A DNA stretch of 64,000 bases. It comes from Verrucomicrobiota bacterium. GTDB lineage: Bacteria > Verrucomicrobiota > Verrucomicrobiia > Opitutales > Opitutaceae. Both the position numbers and the translations under genes were made by a program. Below, in pieces: positions 10,369 to 20,800 of this stretch. Each line of letters begins with the position of its first letter. Within the stretch, counting starts at the first letter, position 1. Location of the stretch: positions 14,685 through 78,684 of the forward strand of contig CAUJJL010000128.1 of NCBI GenBank assembly GCA_963205455.1. The letters are read 5' to 3'. The notes below the pieces were generated by a model. The model searched no databases and was not told where the DNA came from. It saw only the letters and a program-made list of their open reading frames with translations.

Positions 10369-11723
10369 GCTCCCCCGTGCCCGCCCCCACGCCTCCGTTT
10401 CGCTCGGCGCATGCCCGCTGGGTCATCTGTGCACTGCTCCTTTTTGCAGCGACAATCAACTATGTGGACCGGCAGGTCATCGGAATCCTCAAGCCGACGC
10501 TGAGCGAGGAATTTGGTTGGGGCGATGAACGCATCTATGCCGGCATCGTGTTCAGTTTCCAGCTTGCTTACGCCATTGGAATGCTGCTTGCGGGTCCGAT
10601 CATCGACCGTATCGGGCTGCGGATGGGGTTTGCGATCGCGATTTTCATCTGGAGCGTGGCCGCAGTCGGTCACGCCTTTGCCCACAAGCTGCCGGACTTC
10701 ACGCTGCCGGCCCTGATCATTGATCCCAAGCTTGGGCTTGCGTTTCTTACGCTCTCCGGCGCGGCCGCGGGATTTGCGCTCATGCGTTTCCTGCTGGGTC
10801 TCGGTGAAGCGGGAAATTTTCCCGCCGCAATCAAGACGGTGGCTGAATGGTTTCCAAAACGGGAACGCGCCCTTGCCACGGGAATATTCAATTCCGGCAC
10901 CAATGTCGGTGCCCTGCTTTCACCGCTGCTGGTACCCTGGATCACGAGTCACTGGGGCTGGGAATGGGCATTCATCTTCACCGGTGCCGCGGGATTCCTC
11001 TGGCTTGTGTGGTGGTGGTGGTACTATCGCGCTCCTGACCAGCACCGCTCGGTTTCCACCGCGGAACTTGCCCACATCCACAGTGATGCTCCCGAAGCCG
11101 CTCAGACAAAAGTCGGGTGGTTGCGACTGCTCGGCTTTCGGCAGACTTGGGCCTTTGCCATCGGCAAGTTTCTGACGGACCCGATCTGGTGGCTCTACCT
11201 GTTCTGGATTCCGGATTTCCTCCACCGCAACTACGGACTCGACCTCAAGACGATCGGACTGCCCTTGGTGGTCATCTATCTTTTTGCTGATGTCGGCAGC
11301 GTGGGCGGAGGCTGGATTTCATCTCGCCTTCTGAAAAAGGGATGGACTCCCAATGGCGCTCGAAAGCTCGCGATGCTGATCTGCGCGCTCTGCGTGGTGC
11401 CGATCATTTTTGCGACACGTGCGGCGAATCTATGGGTGTCCGTGCTTCTGGTCGGGATTGCTGCCGCCGCTCACCAGGGCTGGTCGGCCAACATCTTCAC
11501 ACTGACTTCCGACATGTTTCCCAAGCGTGCGGTGGGCTCGGTTGTCGGTATCGGTGGCATGTCGGGTGCGGTGGGAGGCATGGTGCTTGCGCTGGTTGTA
11601 GGCGAGGTTCTCCAGCGAACCGGCAGCTACCGCATCCTCTGGTTCATGGCTGCGTCAGCCTATCTCGTGGCGCTGCTGGTCATCCATGTCCTCGCGCCAA
11701 AGCTTGCTCCTGCGAAGGTCTGA
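10365..11723 (+). CDS. MFS transporter, hexuronate (ExuT/ACS)-like
   Basis: 452 aa with multiple TM segments. N-terminal INYVDRQVIGILKPTLSEEFGW, typical of ACS-family hexuronate transporters. Translationally coupled to the GH28 gene. Confidence 0.85.
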   Translation: MSSPVPAPTPPFRSAHARWVICALLLFAATINYVDRQVIGILKPTLSEEFGWGDERIYAGIVFSFQLAYAIGMLLAGPIIDRIGLRMGFAIAIFIWSVAAVGHAFAHKLPDFTLPALIIDPKLGLAFLTLSGAAAGFALMRFLLGLGEAGNFPAAIKTVAEWFPKRERALATGIFNSGTNVGALLSPLLVPWITSHWGWEWAFIFTGAAGFLWLVWWWWYYRAPDQHRSVSTAELAHIHSDAPEAAQTKVGWLRLLGFRQTWAFAIGKFLTDPIWWLYLFWIPDFLHRNYGLDLKTIGLPLVVIYLFADVGSVGGGWISSRLLKKGWTPNGARKLAMLICALCVVPIIFATRAANLWVSVLLVGIAAAAHQGWSANIFTLTSDMFPKRAVGSVVGIGGMSGAVGGMVLALVVGEVLQRTGSYRILWFMAASAYLVALLVIHVLAPKLAPAKV

Positions 11724-11736
11724 TCTCCCTGCCATC

Positions 11737-12831
11737 ATGAAGAAGGCGCGGAATCGCGGCGTCGCGTTTTCTCTGGTCGGCCTGGGATCCTTGGTTGGGG
11801 TGTGCTCTGGATGTGCGGCGGTGACGTGGAAACAGGTGCTCCACCAGCCGAAACCGTGGTATGCGACCCAGGCTGCGGTCTCCGTTGGCGAGGCGGTGCT
11901 CACCTATCAGACTCCCTCAGGAGGCTGGCCAAAAAATTGGGACATGACCCAGCCGCTCTCTGACGCGTTTCGCTCGCTAAAGGAATCCGAACGGGCGCCG
12001 ACCATCGACAACGGTGGGACCACGACGCCCGTCCGTTTGCTCGCGCGGATTTGCTCCGCGCAACCGCAACTGACCTCATTTCGCGAGGCCGCCACCAGGG
12101 GTATCGACTACCTTCTGGAGTCACAGTATGATTCGGGAGGCTGGCCGCAATTTTTCCCCCTGCGCAAGGGTTACTATTCCCACATCACCTTCAACGACGA
12201 TGCCATGGTGCACGTGCTGGAGCTCCTGCGCGATGTCGCCAATGGGGGGAACGATTTTGCCTGGGTAGATGTGAAACGCCGCGAGCACGCGCGCGAGGCG
12301 GTTGGGAGGGGCGTTGCCTGCATCCTGCGATGTCAGGTCGTGATCAAGGGCGTGAAGACCGCCTGGTGCGCGCAGCATGACGAGAACACGTTTGCTCCCG
12401 CAGCAGCACGCGCGTTCGAGCCCGCCAGCCTTGCGAGCGCAGAAAGTGTAGGGATCCTGCGGTTTCTGATGCAGCAGCCAACGCCATCGTCGGCAGTCGT
12501 CGCCGCGATTGAGGCAGGTGTCGCCTGGCTTGAAAAGGTGAAGCTTACCGGAATCCGCTGGGATCGGATAAAAGCACCAAAGCTGCAGGGAGGGATCGAT
12601 GCCGTTGTAGTCCCGGATGCCGCTGCCCCGGCGCTCTGGGCGCGATTCTATGATCTGGGTTCAGATCGGCCCATCTTCATCGGTCGCGACGGAATCATCC
12701 ACTTCAGCGTGGCAGAAATCGAACACGAGCGCCGTGTGGGATATGCGTGGTATGTGAACACGCCCAGGAAATTGCTGGAGGCTGACTACCCGAATTGGAA
12801 AAAGAGGCAGGGCCAGGATGGCAGTCCTTGA
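11737..12831 (+). CDS. Pectate lyase, PelA/Pel-15E (PL10)-like
   Basis: ORF 11686-12831. The ATG at 11737 (MKKARNRG..) precedes a lipoprotein-like signal (GVCSGC). Motifs TPSGGWPKNWD, TIDNGGTTT, SQYDSGGWPQFFPLRKGYYSHITFNDDAM. Confidence 0.85.
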   Translation: MKKARNRGVAFSLVGLGSLVGVCSGCAAVTWKQVLHQPKPWYATQAAVSVGEAVLTYQTPSGGWPKNWDMTQPLSDAFRSLKESERAPTIDNGGTTTPVRLLARICSAQPQLTSFREAATRGIDYLLESQYDSGGWPQFFPLRKGYYSHITFNDDAMVHVLELLRDVANGGNDFAWVDVKRREHAREAVGRGVACILRCQVVIKGVKTAWCAQHDENTFAPAAARAFEPASLASAESVGILRFLMQQPTPSSAVVAAIEAGVAWLEKVKLTGIRWDRIKAPKLQGGIDAVVVPDAAAPALWARFYDLGSDRPIFIGRDGIIHFSVAEIEHERRVGYAWYVNTPRKLLEADYPNWKKRQGQDGSP

Positions 12832-12843
12832 GCGACTGCGGCA

Positions 12844-13566
12844 TCAGAACGCGAAATCAGATTGTCCGGCCTGCTCATCCTCCACGGGAACCACACATTC
12901 AGGACCCTCGTTCTGGGGTTTGTTCACTCGCGTGCCCACCTTCCAGGTGCTCATCTGCTCTGCTGGGAAAGGGCTGCAGAGGCGAAGGAAATCGGCTTCT
13001 GCGATGGGTCCCGGGCGAATCCATTCCTTGGCACGATCGGCTTCAAGGATCACGGGCATTCGCTCGTGGGGGAGTCCGAGGAGCAGCGCGTTGGGTGCTG
13101 TGGTGAAGAAGGTGAACGTGCCGGGACGCAGACCCTCCACAGGCTCTTCGAAGATACCGGCAAAAAAGAACGGCCGCCGGTCCGTGAGCGTGTAGTAGTT
13201 TGCATGGCGCGGCGCCTTGCCGGGTTTCTCCAGCTTTGGCCATTCGTAGAACCCGTCTGCAGGCACCAGGCAGCGCCGTTTCTGGATTGACTGGCGGAAG
13301 AACGGTTTCGAAAACGCCTCGCCGCTGCGTGCATTGATTGGCGCGACCCTGGGCCTGGCCGATTTCTCCCAGAACGGAACGAGCCCCCAGCGCATCCGCT
13401 GCACTGCGAAACCCGCCTCCTCATTGCGGCAAACCAGCGCCATCGTGTCCTCCGGATGCACGTTCCATCGTGCTGCTTCCTCCTGCCAGACGTCCGCCCC
13501 TTCACAAATCCACCGGATGAGTCCCCGAAGTGCTTCCGGATTCGTGATGGTGTAGCGCCCGCACAT
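12844..13566 (-). CDS. SOS response-associated peptidase (SRAP/YedK family)
   Basis: 240 aa starting MCGRYT (Cys2 nucleophile hallmark), with the rest typical of SRAP. Confidence 0.9.
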   Translation of the reverse strand: MCGRYTITNPEALRGLIRWICEGADVWQEEAARWNVHPEDTMALVCRNEEAGFAVQRMRWGLVPFWEKSARPRVAPINARSGEAFSKPFFRQSIQKRRCLVPADGFYEWPKLEKPGKAPRHANYYTLTDRRPFFFAGIFEEPVEGLRPGTFTFFTTAPNALLLGLPHERMPVILEADRAKEWIRPGPIAEADFLRLCSPFPAEQMSTWKVGTRVNKPQNEGPECVVPVEDEQAGQSDFAF

Positions 13567-13779
13567 GGGGCGAAGTTACCTGCGGTCGAAATAGGGTCAA
13601 CGTTGGCTCTTTGGGCTGACGGATGGCCGTAGGTGGCAATACGCAGAACCGCCCCACCGCTGGGCTTTGAGACGATGATCTCACCCCTCACAATATTGGT
13701 ATTGACCATTGTGCAGCATTTATTCTATCAGTCTATTTTGTCGATGCCCCGCTCAACTTTGGTTACCCGCCCTCCCGCC

Positions 13780-14376
13780 ATGGCGGAGATTTACGTCGCC
13801 CGCCGACTCGCCGCTCTTCGCACCGAGAACAATCTCACGTTGCGTGAACTTGGGAGCCGCACGGGTTTGTCGGATGCCTATCTCAATCGCGTCGAGCGCC
13901 AGAAGACACCGATCAATATCGCGAATCTCGAGAAGGTTGCTGGCGCCTTTGGTGTGCCGCTTTCAGTTTTCTTCGAGTCCGACTCAGCGCAGCAACCCGT
14001 AATCGTTACTCGCGCGGGCACGGGCCGCAAAGTACGATTTCGGGGTCGGAAGGGCTTTCGGGTCGAGTTGCTCGCCCACGGAAAAAAGGGAAAACTCATG
14101 GAGCCGCTGCTCGTTGATCTGTCTTCCGCTCAGGGCGAGGTGCCTCTGCAGTCGCACCCTGGTCAGGAGTTCAACTACGTGATAGAAGGTCGCTGTCTTT
14201 TCCATTTCGGCAAGGATCGGATTGAGCTCAATACCGCCGACGCCGTTTATTTTGATGCCAGCGTCCCCCATGTCTGCCGAGCTTTGGGTGACGGTCCATC
14301 GCGTATTCTGGCGATTGTCGCCTCCCCGGACTATCCGCTGCACGGCAATATTTCGGTGCTGCTTGATGATCGGTAA
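13780..14376 (+). CDS. XRE-family HTH transcriptional regulator with C-terminal cupin domain
   Basis: ORF 13633-14376. Likely start is the ATG at 13780 (or 13744). HTH block LRTENNLTLRELGSRTGLSDAYLNRVERQKTPINIANLEKVAGAFGV. Cupin-like tail (HPGQEFNYVIEGRC..FDASVPH). Confidence 0.8.
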   Translation: MAEIYVARRLAALRTENNLTLRELGSRTGLSDAYLNRVERQKTPINIANLEKVAGAFGVPLSVFFESDSAQQPVIVTRAGTGRKVRFRGRKGFRVELLAHGKKGKLMEPLLVDLSSAQGEVPLQSHPGQEFNYVIEGRCLFHFGKDRIELNTADAVYFDASVPHVCRALGDGPSRILAIVASPDYPLHGNISVLLDDR

Positions 14377-14412
14377 ACCGCCGTGCTCTATCCACTCCTT
14401 CCTCGCTGATTC

Positions 14413-15438
14413 ATGCGCCCGCTTCGCTTTGCCCTCTTCGGTTGCGGATTCTGGTCCACGTATCAACTCGCGGCCTGGCGCGAATTAAAGGGTGCCGTAT
14501 GCGTCGCGATTTGTGATCGGAACCTCGGCAGAGCTGAAACGCTGGGTCGTCGTTTCGGCATAGAGGGGATCTACGATGATCCCGAGAAGCTTCTTGCCCG
14601 GGAGAAGCTCGATTTCGTCGACATAGTCACCGACGTTGCTACGCACGCACCGCTCGCTCGCCTCGCGGCGCTTCACGGGCTCGCCGTGATATGCCAGAAA
14701 CCCATGGCCACGTCGCTCCGCGAAGCACAGGATCTCGTCAAGTATTGCCGGAAGCGTCGTGCGCCATTTTTCGTGCATGAGAATTTTCGCTGGCAGGCGC
14801 CGCTTCGGGCTCTGAAGGCCGAACTGGACCGCGGCAAGATCGGACGGGCGTTTCGAGCCCGGATCGACTTTATCTCCGGGTTTCCGGTCTTCACTAACCA
14901 GCCGGGGCTTGCCCGGCAGGAGCAGTTTATTGTTGCCGATGTTGGCAGTCACATTCTCGACCTTGCGCGTTTCCTCTTTGGGGAGGCGGATTCGATTTAT
15001 TGCCGTACACAGCGCGTGCATCCGAAGATCAAGGGGGAGGACGTCGCCACCATTTTGATCACGACTCGCGCTGGTGCGCATGTCTCCATCAACATGGCCT
15101 ACGCTGGAAATGCACTGGAGCGAGAAGCCTTTCCCGAGACACTGGTTTTTGTCGAGGGCACAACCGGAAGCGCCGAACTTTCACCCGGCTGTGTCCTTCG
15201 CACCACCACCACTCAGGGCACACAAGTGCGTAGGGCATCGCCGCCATTCTACGCATGGGCCGATCCGCGGTATGCGGTGGTGCATTCCAGCATTGTGCCC
15301 TGCAACGCCAACCTCTTGGCCGCGGTTCAGCGTCGCGGCCGCGCCGAAACCACCGGTGAGGACAACCTGCACACGGTTCGTCTCGTCTTTGGCGCGTACA
15401 CCTCCGCCGCGCTGCATCGCCCCGTAAAGATTTCCTGA
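14413..15438 (+). CDS. Gfo/Idh/MocA-family oxidoreductase
   Basis: 341 aa. N-terminal Rossmann motif LRFALFGCGFWS. The overall pattern is that of sugar dehydrogenases of this family. Confidence 0.85.
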   Translation: MRPLRFALFGCGFWSTYQLAAWRELKGAVCVAICDRNLGRAETLGRRFGIEGIYDDPEKLLAREKLDFVDIVTDVATHAPLARLAALHGLAVICQKPMATSLREAQDLVKYCRKRRAPFFVHENFRWQAPLRALKAELDRGKIGRAFRARIDFISGFPVFTNQPGLARQEQFIVADVGSHILDLARFLFGEADSIYCRTQRVHPKIKGEDVATILITTRAGAHVSINMAYAGNALEREAFPETLVFVEGTTGSAELSPGCVLRTTTTQGTQVRRASPPFYAWADPRYAVVHSSIVPCNANLLAAVQRRGRAETTGEDNLHTVRLVFGAYTSAALHRPVKIS

Positions 15439-15447
15439 ATTTTCCAC

Positions 15448-16287
15448 ATGCAAACAACCTCGATCGCCCTCGTTGGCGCAGGCGGTAAAATGGGCTGCCG
15501 TCTTACAGACAATTTTCTCAAGCGCGCGGACTATACCGTGCGCTATCTCGAGATTTCGCCCAAGGGACTTGAGAATCTCAAATCGCGTGGCATCACCGTC
15601 TCGACAGAAGCCGCAGCCATCCCGGAAGCCGATGTCGTGATCCTAGCCGTGCCCGATGTCGCAATCGGTGCCATCTCGCAGACGATCGTCCCACGGATGA
15701 AGGCAGGCGCATTGCTCATGACGCTCGATCCTGCTGCCCCGCTCGATGGTAAGATCGCTTCACGACCGGATGTTGGCTGCGTTATTGCCCACCCATGCCA
15801 TCCTTCCGTGTTTAATTGGGAACCGAACGAGAAAGACTTCCGCGATTTCTACGGAGGCATTTCCGCCAAACAAGGCGTTGTCTGCGCGCTGATGCATGGC
15901 TCTGAGGCGGATTACGAGCGCGGCGCAGCGGTGGCCTCCGCGATGTATGCTCCCATCAGCCGGGTGCATCGCATCACGCTTGAGCAAATGGCCATTCTGG
16001 AGCCGGCGATGGTCGAAACCCTCGCACAAACCTGCATGGAGGTCGTCAAGGAAGGCTACGAGACCATCGTCGCCCGTGGTGTGCCGGCCGAGGCGGCCCG
16101 CGACTTTGTGCTGGGTCATCTGCGCATCCAGATTGCGGTGCTCTTTGGGGAGGTCAACGGCACCTTCTCGGATGCCGCCTACAAGATCAGCAAGCGGGCA
16201 AAACCCGTGCTCTTTCGCGAAGGGTGGAAAAGAATCTTCGACCTCGACGACATTCGTGAGCAGGTCCGCGACATCACGACGCGTTAA
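15448..16287 (+). CDS. NAD(P)-binding oxidoreductase (6-phosphogluconate/prephenate dehydrogenase-like fold)
   Basis: 279 aa. IALVGAGGKMGCRL (GxGxxG) at the N-terminus. The specific function is not assignable. Confidence 0.65.
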   Translation: MQTTSIALVGAGGKMGCRLTDNFLKRADYTVRYLEISPKGLENLKSRGITVSTEAAAIPEADVVILAVPDVAIGAISQTIVPRMKAGALLMTLDPAAPLDGKIASRPDVGCVIAHPCHPSVFNWEPNEKDFRDFYGGISAKQGVVCALMHGSEADYERGAAVASAMYAPISRVHRITLEQMAILEPAMVETLAQTCMEVVKEGYETIVARGVPAEAARDFVLGHLRIQIAVLFGEVNGTFSDAAYKISKRAKPVLFREGWKRIFDLDDIREQVRDITTR

Positions 16288-16306
16288 GCGCTCCTGTCAT
16301 GGCATC

Positions 16307-17119
16307 ATGCAACTGGGCCTGAGTTCCTTCGCATTCGGCTGGGCAATCGCCGCGCATGGATCGGCGTCCTTCACTGCGGATACGCTGCTCGATTTCGCTG
16401 TCGCGCACAAAGTGCCTGTCATCCAGTTTGGTGATAACCTTCCCCTCCATTCGTTTACCTCGGCTGCGCTCGACACCTTGGCCAGACGGGCAAGGGAAAG
16501 GAATACCGCAGTTGAAACCGGTGCGCGCGGCCTCACAGAGGAACATCTCCATCGCTACATCGGAATATCGCAGCGCCTCGATGCCCGGCTAATGCGGTTT
16601 GTAGTGGATGCAACGGATTATGAACCGTCGGTCGATACCCTTGTCGGAATCATCCGCAATGCCCTTCCGGCTCTGCATGCCGTGCGTTTGACCCTTGGGA
16701 TAGAGAACCACGATCGCCTTCCGTGTGCCACCTTGCGGCGCCTCATGGATACGATTGACGATGCCAACGTTGGCATCTGCCTCGACACGGCCAACTCTCT
16801 TGGAGCTGGCGAAGGCATTCACGAAGTCCTGCATCATTTGGGGCCTGTATGTGTCAATCTGCACCTCAAGGACTTCGCAATCGAGCGGTTGCCCTACCTC
16901 ATGGGCTTCACCGTAAGCGGTCGCTCGCTGGGCACGGGTCAGCTGCCGCTTCACGAAACGCTTCGCGCGGTCACAAGTGGGGGGCGTTGCGAAACTGCCG
17001 TCATTGAGCTCTGGGTGCCGCCTGAGAGTGATCCAGAGGCCACCCTCACCAAAGAAGCAGCCTGGGTAGCGCAGAGCATTGAAACACTACGCTCCGCGCT
17101 TGCTGGCCTCGCGGTATGA
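16307..17119 (+). CDS. Sugar phosphate isomerase/epimerase (xylose-isomerase-like TIM barrel)
   Basis: The long ORF 15896-17119 overlaps the previous gene. The in-frame ATG at 16307 (MQLGLSSFAFGW..) starts the TIM-barrel-like part (..LGIENHD.., ..CLDTANS.., ..HLKDF..). Confidence 0.8.
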   Translation: MQLGLSSFAFGWAIAAHGSASFTADTLLDFAVAHKVPVIQFGDNLPLHSFTSAALDTLARRARERNTAVETGARGLTEEHLHRYIGISQRLDARLMRFVVDATDYEPSVDTLVGIIRNALPALHAVRLTLGIENHDRLPCATLRRLMDTIDDANVGICLDTANSLGAGEGIHEVLHHLGPVCVNLHLKDFAIERLPYLMGFTVSGRSLGTGQLPLHETLRAVTSGGRCETAVIELWVPPESDPEATLTKEAAWVAQSIETLRSALAGLAV

Positions 17120-17214
17120 TCCTGAACCCACTTTATTCATGAAAGTTCCCCCTGCCCCCATCGCATCCGCGAGACAAAACCACTAGGAAGACTCCGAAAA
17201 CCAAGCGCCTTACA

Positions 17215-18240
17215 TTGCTCATTATGAAACCCATTCTTTTTCTGCTAACGCTGGCTATGGGCCTTTTTAGTGCAAGTTGTCGAAAATCGGAATCCACAAC
17301 CACGGCAACCCAGGGTGACGATGCCTCTCAGGCCGGCAAACCGCTCGTTTTCGGCGTTGCCTTCGAAACGCTTCAGACAGAATACTGGGTTGCCGGGTTT
17401 GAGGCGATTCGGGCCGATTTGAAGCAGCGCGGATGGACTATGCTCGAAGCGGTGTCCGACGGAGATACCAACCGCCAACTCGAGCAGGTGAAGAACTTCA
17501 TCACGCGCAGGGTGGACGGCATCATACTCGTCCCAAAGGATTCCAAGACCTGCCTTCCCATCATCAAGGCGGCCAATGCCGCCAACATTCCCATCGTCCT
17601 TTTCAACCGCCCTGCGGATAAAAGTGATGCGAGATCCGTTGCAGTCGTAGCCGACAATTTCGCGCTTACGAAGGAAACAGTCACCTATCTCGTCAGCGAA
17701 GCGGAAAAGTCCGGCCGAAAGCACAAGGCTGCCCTCTTGATCGGGGACCTTGGCGATATCAACGCAATAGGCCGCCGCGACGGGTTCGACGCCGCAATCA
17801 AGGGCAAGGAATCAGTGATCGAAGTTGTCGCTCGGATTCCCACGGACTGGAATCAGGAGAAGGCCCAATCCGGCATCGTAAATGCGCTGCAGGCCCATCC
17901 TGACATAAGCTTTATCTTTACCAGCTCTGATTTTCTTTTCCCGAGCATCGTCAGCGCGCTCAAGAGTGCCGGCAAATATCATAGGATCGGCACACCCGGT
18001 CACGTGATCCTTGGGGGATTCGACGGCGATGCGACGGCCTACCAGATGCTCAAGGAGGGTTACCTCGACGCCACTGGCGTACAGGATGTCTATTTCGAGG
18101 CGAAGCAGTGCATCGACACGATTCTGGACCTGCGCGCCGGCAGGTCTCTTCCTGGACTCATTCGAGACCCGGGCTTTGTCATTCATCAGGGCAACCTTGA
18201 GGCGAAATCTGCTCAGATGTGGGGCGCACAGAAACGCTAG
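17215..18240 (+). CDS. Sugar ABC transporter substrate-binding lipoprotein (RbsB/CUT2-like)
   Basis: 341 aa. Lipobox-like LFSASC. Periplasmic-binding-protein type I pattern (VFGVAFETLQTEYW.., DGIILVP..). Confidence 0.85.
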   Translation: MLIMKPILFLLTLAMGLFSASCRKSESTTTATQGDDASQAGKPLVFGVAFETLQTEYWVAGFEAIRADLKQRGWTMLEAVSDGDTNRQLEQVKNFITRRVDGIILVPKDSKTCLPIIKAANAANIPIVLFNRPADKSDARSVAVVADNFALTKETVTYLVSEAEKSGRKHKAALLIGDLGDINAIGRRDGFDAAIKGKESVIEVVARIPTDWNQEKAQSGIVNALQAHPDISFIFTSSDFLFPSIVSALKSAGKYHRIGTPGHVILGGFDGDATAYQMLKEGYLDATGVQDVYFEAKQCIDTILDLRAGRSLPGLIRDPGFVIHQGNLEAKSAQMWGAQKR

Positions 18241-18272
18241 GACCTGCTCAGATATTTTCTGTGGATCAGCGC

Positions 18273-19283
18273 ATGCCAAGTTCCCGGCCGACAAAGGAAA
18301 CCGCTGGATTGATCCTGCCGGGGCCGCTTTTTCGCCGTGCACTTGGTTCGGACTATTTCGTGCTTGGGTTGTGCATGATCTACACGTTGGCGGTTGGCCC
18401 GTTCACACCCGGCTTCTTCACTCCAGAGAATGCCGCCAATCTTCTCTCCACCGCGCTGCCACTTCTCCTCGTCGCCCTGGGACAAATGATCGTTCTCATT
18501 ACCGGAGGCATCGATCTCTCAGTCACCTCGATCATAGGCTTGTGCAGCGTCACGGGAGCGATGGTGATGAACCCCGAGAGTGGCGGACTTGGCGGTGATA
18601 TGCTGACGGTCCCAGCAGGCTGTATTGCAATGCTGCTGGTGGGCATGCTTGTGGGTATAGCCAATGGCTTCGCTGTTTCGCGCTGCCGGATGCCCGCTTT
18701 CATTGTCACACTCGCGACGATGATGGGCGTCGGTGGTTTCGCTGTCTGGCTCACCCAATCCAAGGCGATCAATCAGCTTCCGTCTGCATTCAACGCCCTT
18801 GGCGGCCACACGATCATCGCTCTCGCGATCACCGTGCTCATTGCGCTATGCGTACACATGCTGCTTGGCCGGTCGGTCTTCGGCCGCTGGCTCTATGCAA
18901 CCGGACACAATCCCCGAACCGCGCATATCTCGGGCGTTCCAGTCGGCGGTGTACTCATTGCCGCGTATGCGTGTTCGGGAGTACTGGCAGCGGTCGCCAG
19001 TGTGTTCTACACAGGACAGGCCGAAACAGGCTCTCCGGTGTTGGGCCAGCGCATCCTTCTCGACGTCATTGGAGCGGTGGTGATCGGCGGCACAAGTCTC
19101 TCCGGGGGCCGCGGCAAGGTTCTTTGGACAATCTTCGGCGTCCTTTTCCTGAAGCTCATCGATAACACGCTCAACCTGCTCAGCCTGTCGATCTTCACTC
19201 TTACCATCGTAAAAGGCGCCGTGATCCTCCTCGCCGCGGTGCTTGATGCATTGCGCATCCGGGTCGCGGGCCACCCGGCATGA
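18273..19283 (+). CDS. Sugar ABC transporter permease (RbsC-like)
   Basis: ORF 18219-19283 with a likely ATG at 18273. Polytopic, with the GGIDLSV motif typical of CUT2 permeases. Confidence 0.85.
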   Translation: MPSSRPTKETAGLILPGPLFRRALGSDYFVLGLCMIYTLAVGPFTPGFFTPENAANLLSTALPLLLVALGQMIVLITGGIDLSVTSIIGLCSVTGAMVMNPESGGLGGDMLTVPAGCIAMLLVGMLVGIANGFAVSRCRMPAFIVTLATMMGVGGFAVWLTQSKAINQLPSAFNALGGHTIIALAITVLIALCVHMLLGRSVFGRWLYATGHNPRTAHISGVPVGGVLIAAYACSGVLAAVASVFYTGQAETGSPVLGQRILLDVIGAVVIGGTSLSGGRGKVLWTIFGVLFLKLIDNTLNLLSLSIFTLTIVKGAVILLAAVLDALRIRVAGHPA

Positions 19284-20800
19284 ACGCGATGCCTGCGATC
19301 GAGTTTTCCGGCATCAGCAAGAGCTTCGCCGGTGTCCGGGTGCTGCGTGGCATAAGCTTCAAGCTGGGTGCCGGTCGCACACTCGGCCTCGTCGGGGAAA
19401 ACGGCGCGGGCAAGTCTACGCTGATGAACATCCTCGGGGGAAACCTCCTGCCCGATACCGGGCTGATGGTGCTGGGAGGAACGCCCTACACTCCCCAGGG
19501 CCCAACCGATGCGGCGCGGGCAGGTGTGGCCTTCATTCATCAGGAGCTGAATCTCTTCGCCAATCTTTCCATAGCCGAGAATCTCTTCCTCTCGGCGCTT
19601 CCGCGCTTGGGCTCATTGCCTTGGATCGATCGCAAAGCGCTTCATGATCGCACGGCCACTCTGTTGGGCCAGGTCGGCCTTGCGATCGCACCCGACACAT
19701 TGGTGGAACAACTTTCCGCCGGCGAACGGCAGCTTGTCGAGATCGTCCGCGCGCTCGCTCTCGAAGCCCGCCTCATCATCCTCGATGAACCTACGACGTC
19801 GCTCAGCGTCCGGGAGACCGAAACTCTTTTCTCCCTTCTGCGCCGACTCCAAGCTCGAGGCATCGCGTTGATCTATATCTCGCACCTACTCGAACATGTG
19901 CGTGAACTTTGCCACGATCTTGTCATATTGCGCGACGGCGAGGTGGTGGCACAGGGGTCGATAGAAACCTATGATACCCCGGCGATTATTTCCGCCATGG
20001 TAGGACGCAGCCTCACGCGACTCTACCCAGAACGTCGAGGCACGTCCACGACGGCTCCCCTTCTTGAGGTGCGTTCACTCACACAGGTTCATATAGTTCG
20101 TGATATCAGCTTTACCGTGCACCGTGGTGAGGTGCTTGGCATTTTTGGACTCATGGGGGCCGGACGCTCTGAGCTCGCGCGCATTCTTTTCGGACTGGAT
20201 ACCGCGCAACACGGCGAGGTGCGGATGGGGGATAGGGTCATCAATCGCGGGGAAGGCCCGCGCGAACGCATGGTACGGGGACTTGCGTTTCTTACCGAGG
20301 ACCGGCGCCACGAGGGGCTCTGCCTCGAGGCCTCGATCGCCGACAACCTTGCGCTTGTCTCGCTGCGCCAGCACGCCCGTACGCCATTGCGGCTCCTCGA
20401 CCGCAATACCTGGCAGCGGGCGATTTCCACGGTTCGCGCCGCGGTGCGCCTTACCGAAAAAGTCAGCGACGCACAATCCGTGCAGACCCTGAGCGGCGGC
20501 AACCAGCAGAAGGTCATTCTCGGCAAATGGCTTCTTGCGAAGCCCGAGGTGCTCATCCTGGACGAGCCGACGCGCGGCGTGGATGTGGGAGCCAGGTTCG
20601 AACTGTACCAGCTTATCCTCGACCTTGCAGACCGCGGTGCAGGCGTGCTGATGATCTCATCGGAGATCGAGGAGCTCACGGGTCTCTGTGATCGCATTCT
20701 GGTCATGAGCCAGGGCGAAATCCGCGGGAACTTTCCAAGAGCTGAATTCTCGCGGGAGCACCTCCTTGCTGCTGCGCTGCCGCGCGAAGCCCACGCATGA
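19280..20800 (+). CDS. Sugar ABC transporter ATP-binding protein (duplicated ATPase, RbsA-like)
   Basis: 506 aa. Walker A GENGAGKST and GLMGAGRSE. Signature motifs LSAGERQLVEI and LSGGNQQKV. Start and stop overlap the flanking permease genes. Confidence 0.9.
   Translation: MNAMPAIEFSGISKSFAGVRVLRGISFKLGAGRTLGLVGENGAGKSTLMNILGGNLLPDTGLMVLGGTPYTPQGPTDAARAGVAFIHQELNLFANLSIAENLFLSALPRLGSLPWIDRKALHDRTATLLGQVGLAIAPDTLVEQLSAGERQLVEIVRALALEARLIILDEPTTSLSVRETETLFSLLRRLQARGIALIYISHLLEHVRELCHDLVILRDGEVVAQGSIETYDTPAIISAMVGRSLTRLYPERRGTSTTAPLLEVRSLTQVHIVRDISFTVHRGEVLGIFGLMGAGRSELARILFGLDTAQHGEVRMGDRVINRGEGPRERMVRGLAFLTEDRRHEGLCLEASIADNLALVSLRQHARTPLRLLDRNTWQRAISTVRAAVRLTEKVSDAQSVQTLSGGNQQKVILGKWLLAKPEVLILDEPTRGVDVGARFELYQLILDLADRGAGVLMISSEIEELTGLCDRILVMSQGEIRGNFPRAEFSREHLLAAALPREAHA

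Noticed and set aside
12844-13566. The SRAP gene as part of a defence or mobile context
   Set aside because: It is a single housekeeping-type DNA-damage gene between metabolic operons, with no mobile or defence neighbours.
15896-16306. 5' extension of the TIM-barrel isomerase ORF
   Set aside because: It overlaps the NAD(P)-binding oxidoreductase gene and is R/S/P-rich. The ATG at 16307 sits 20 nt after that gene's stop.
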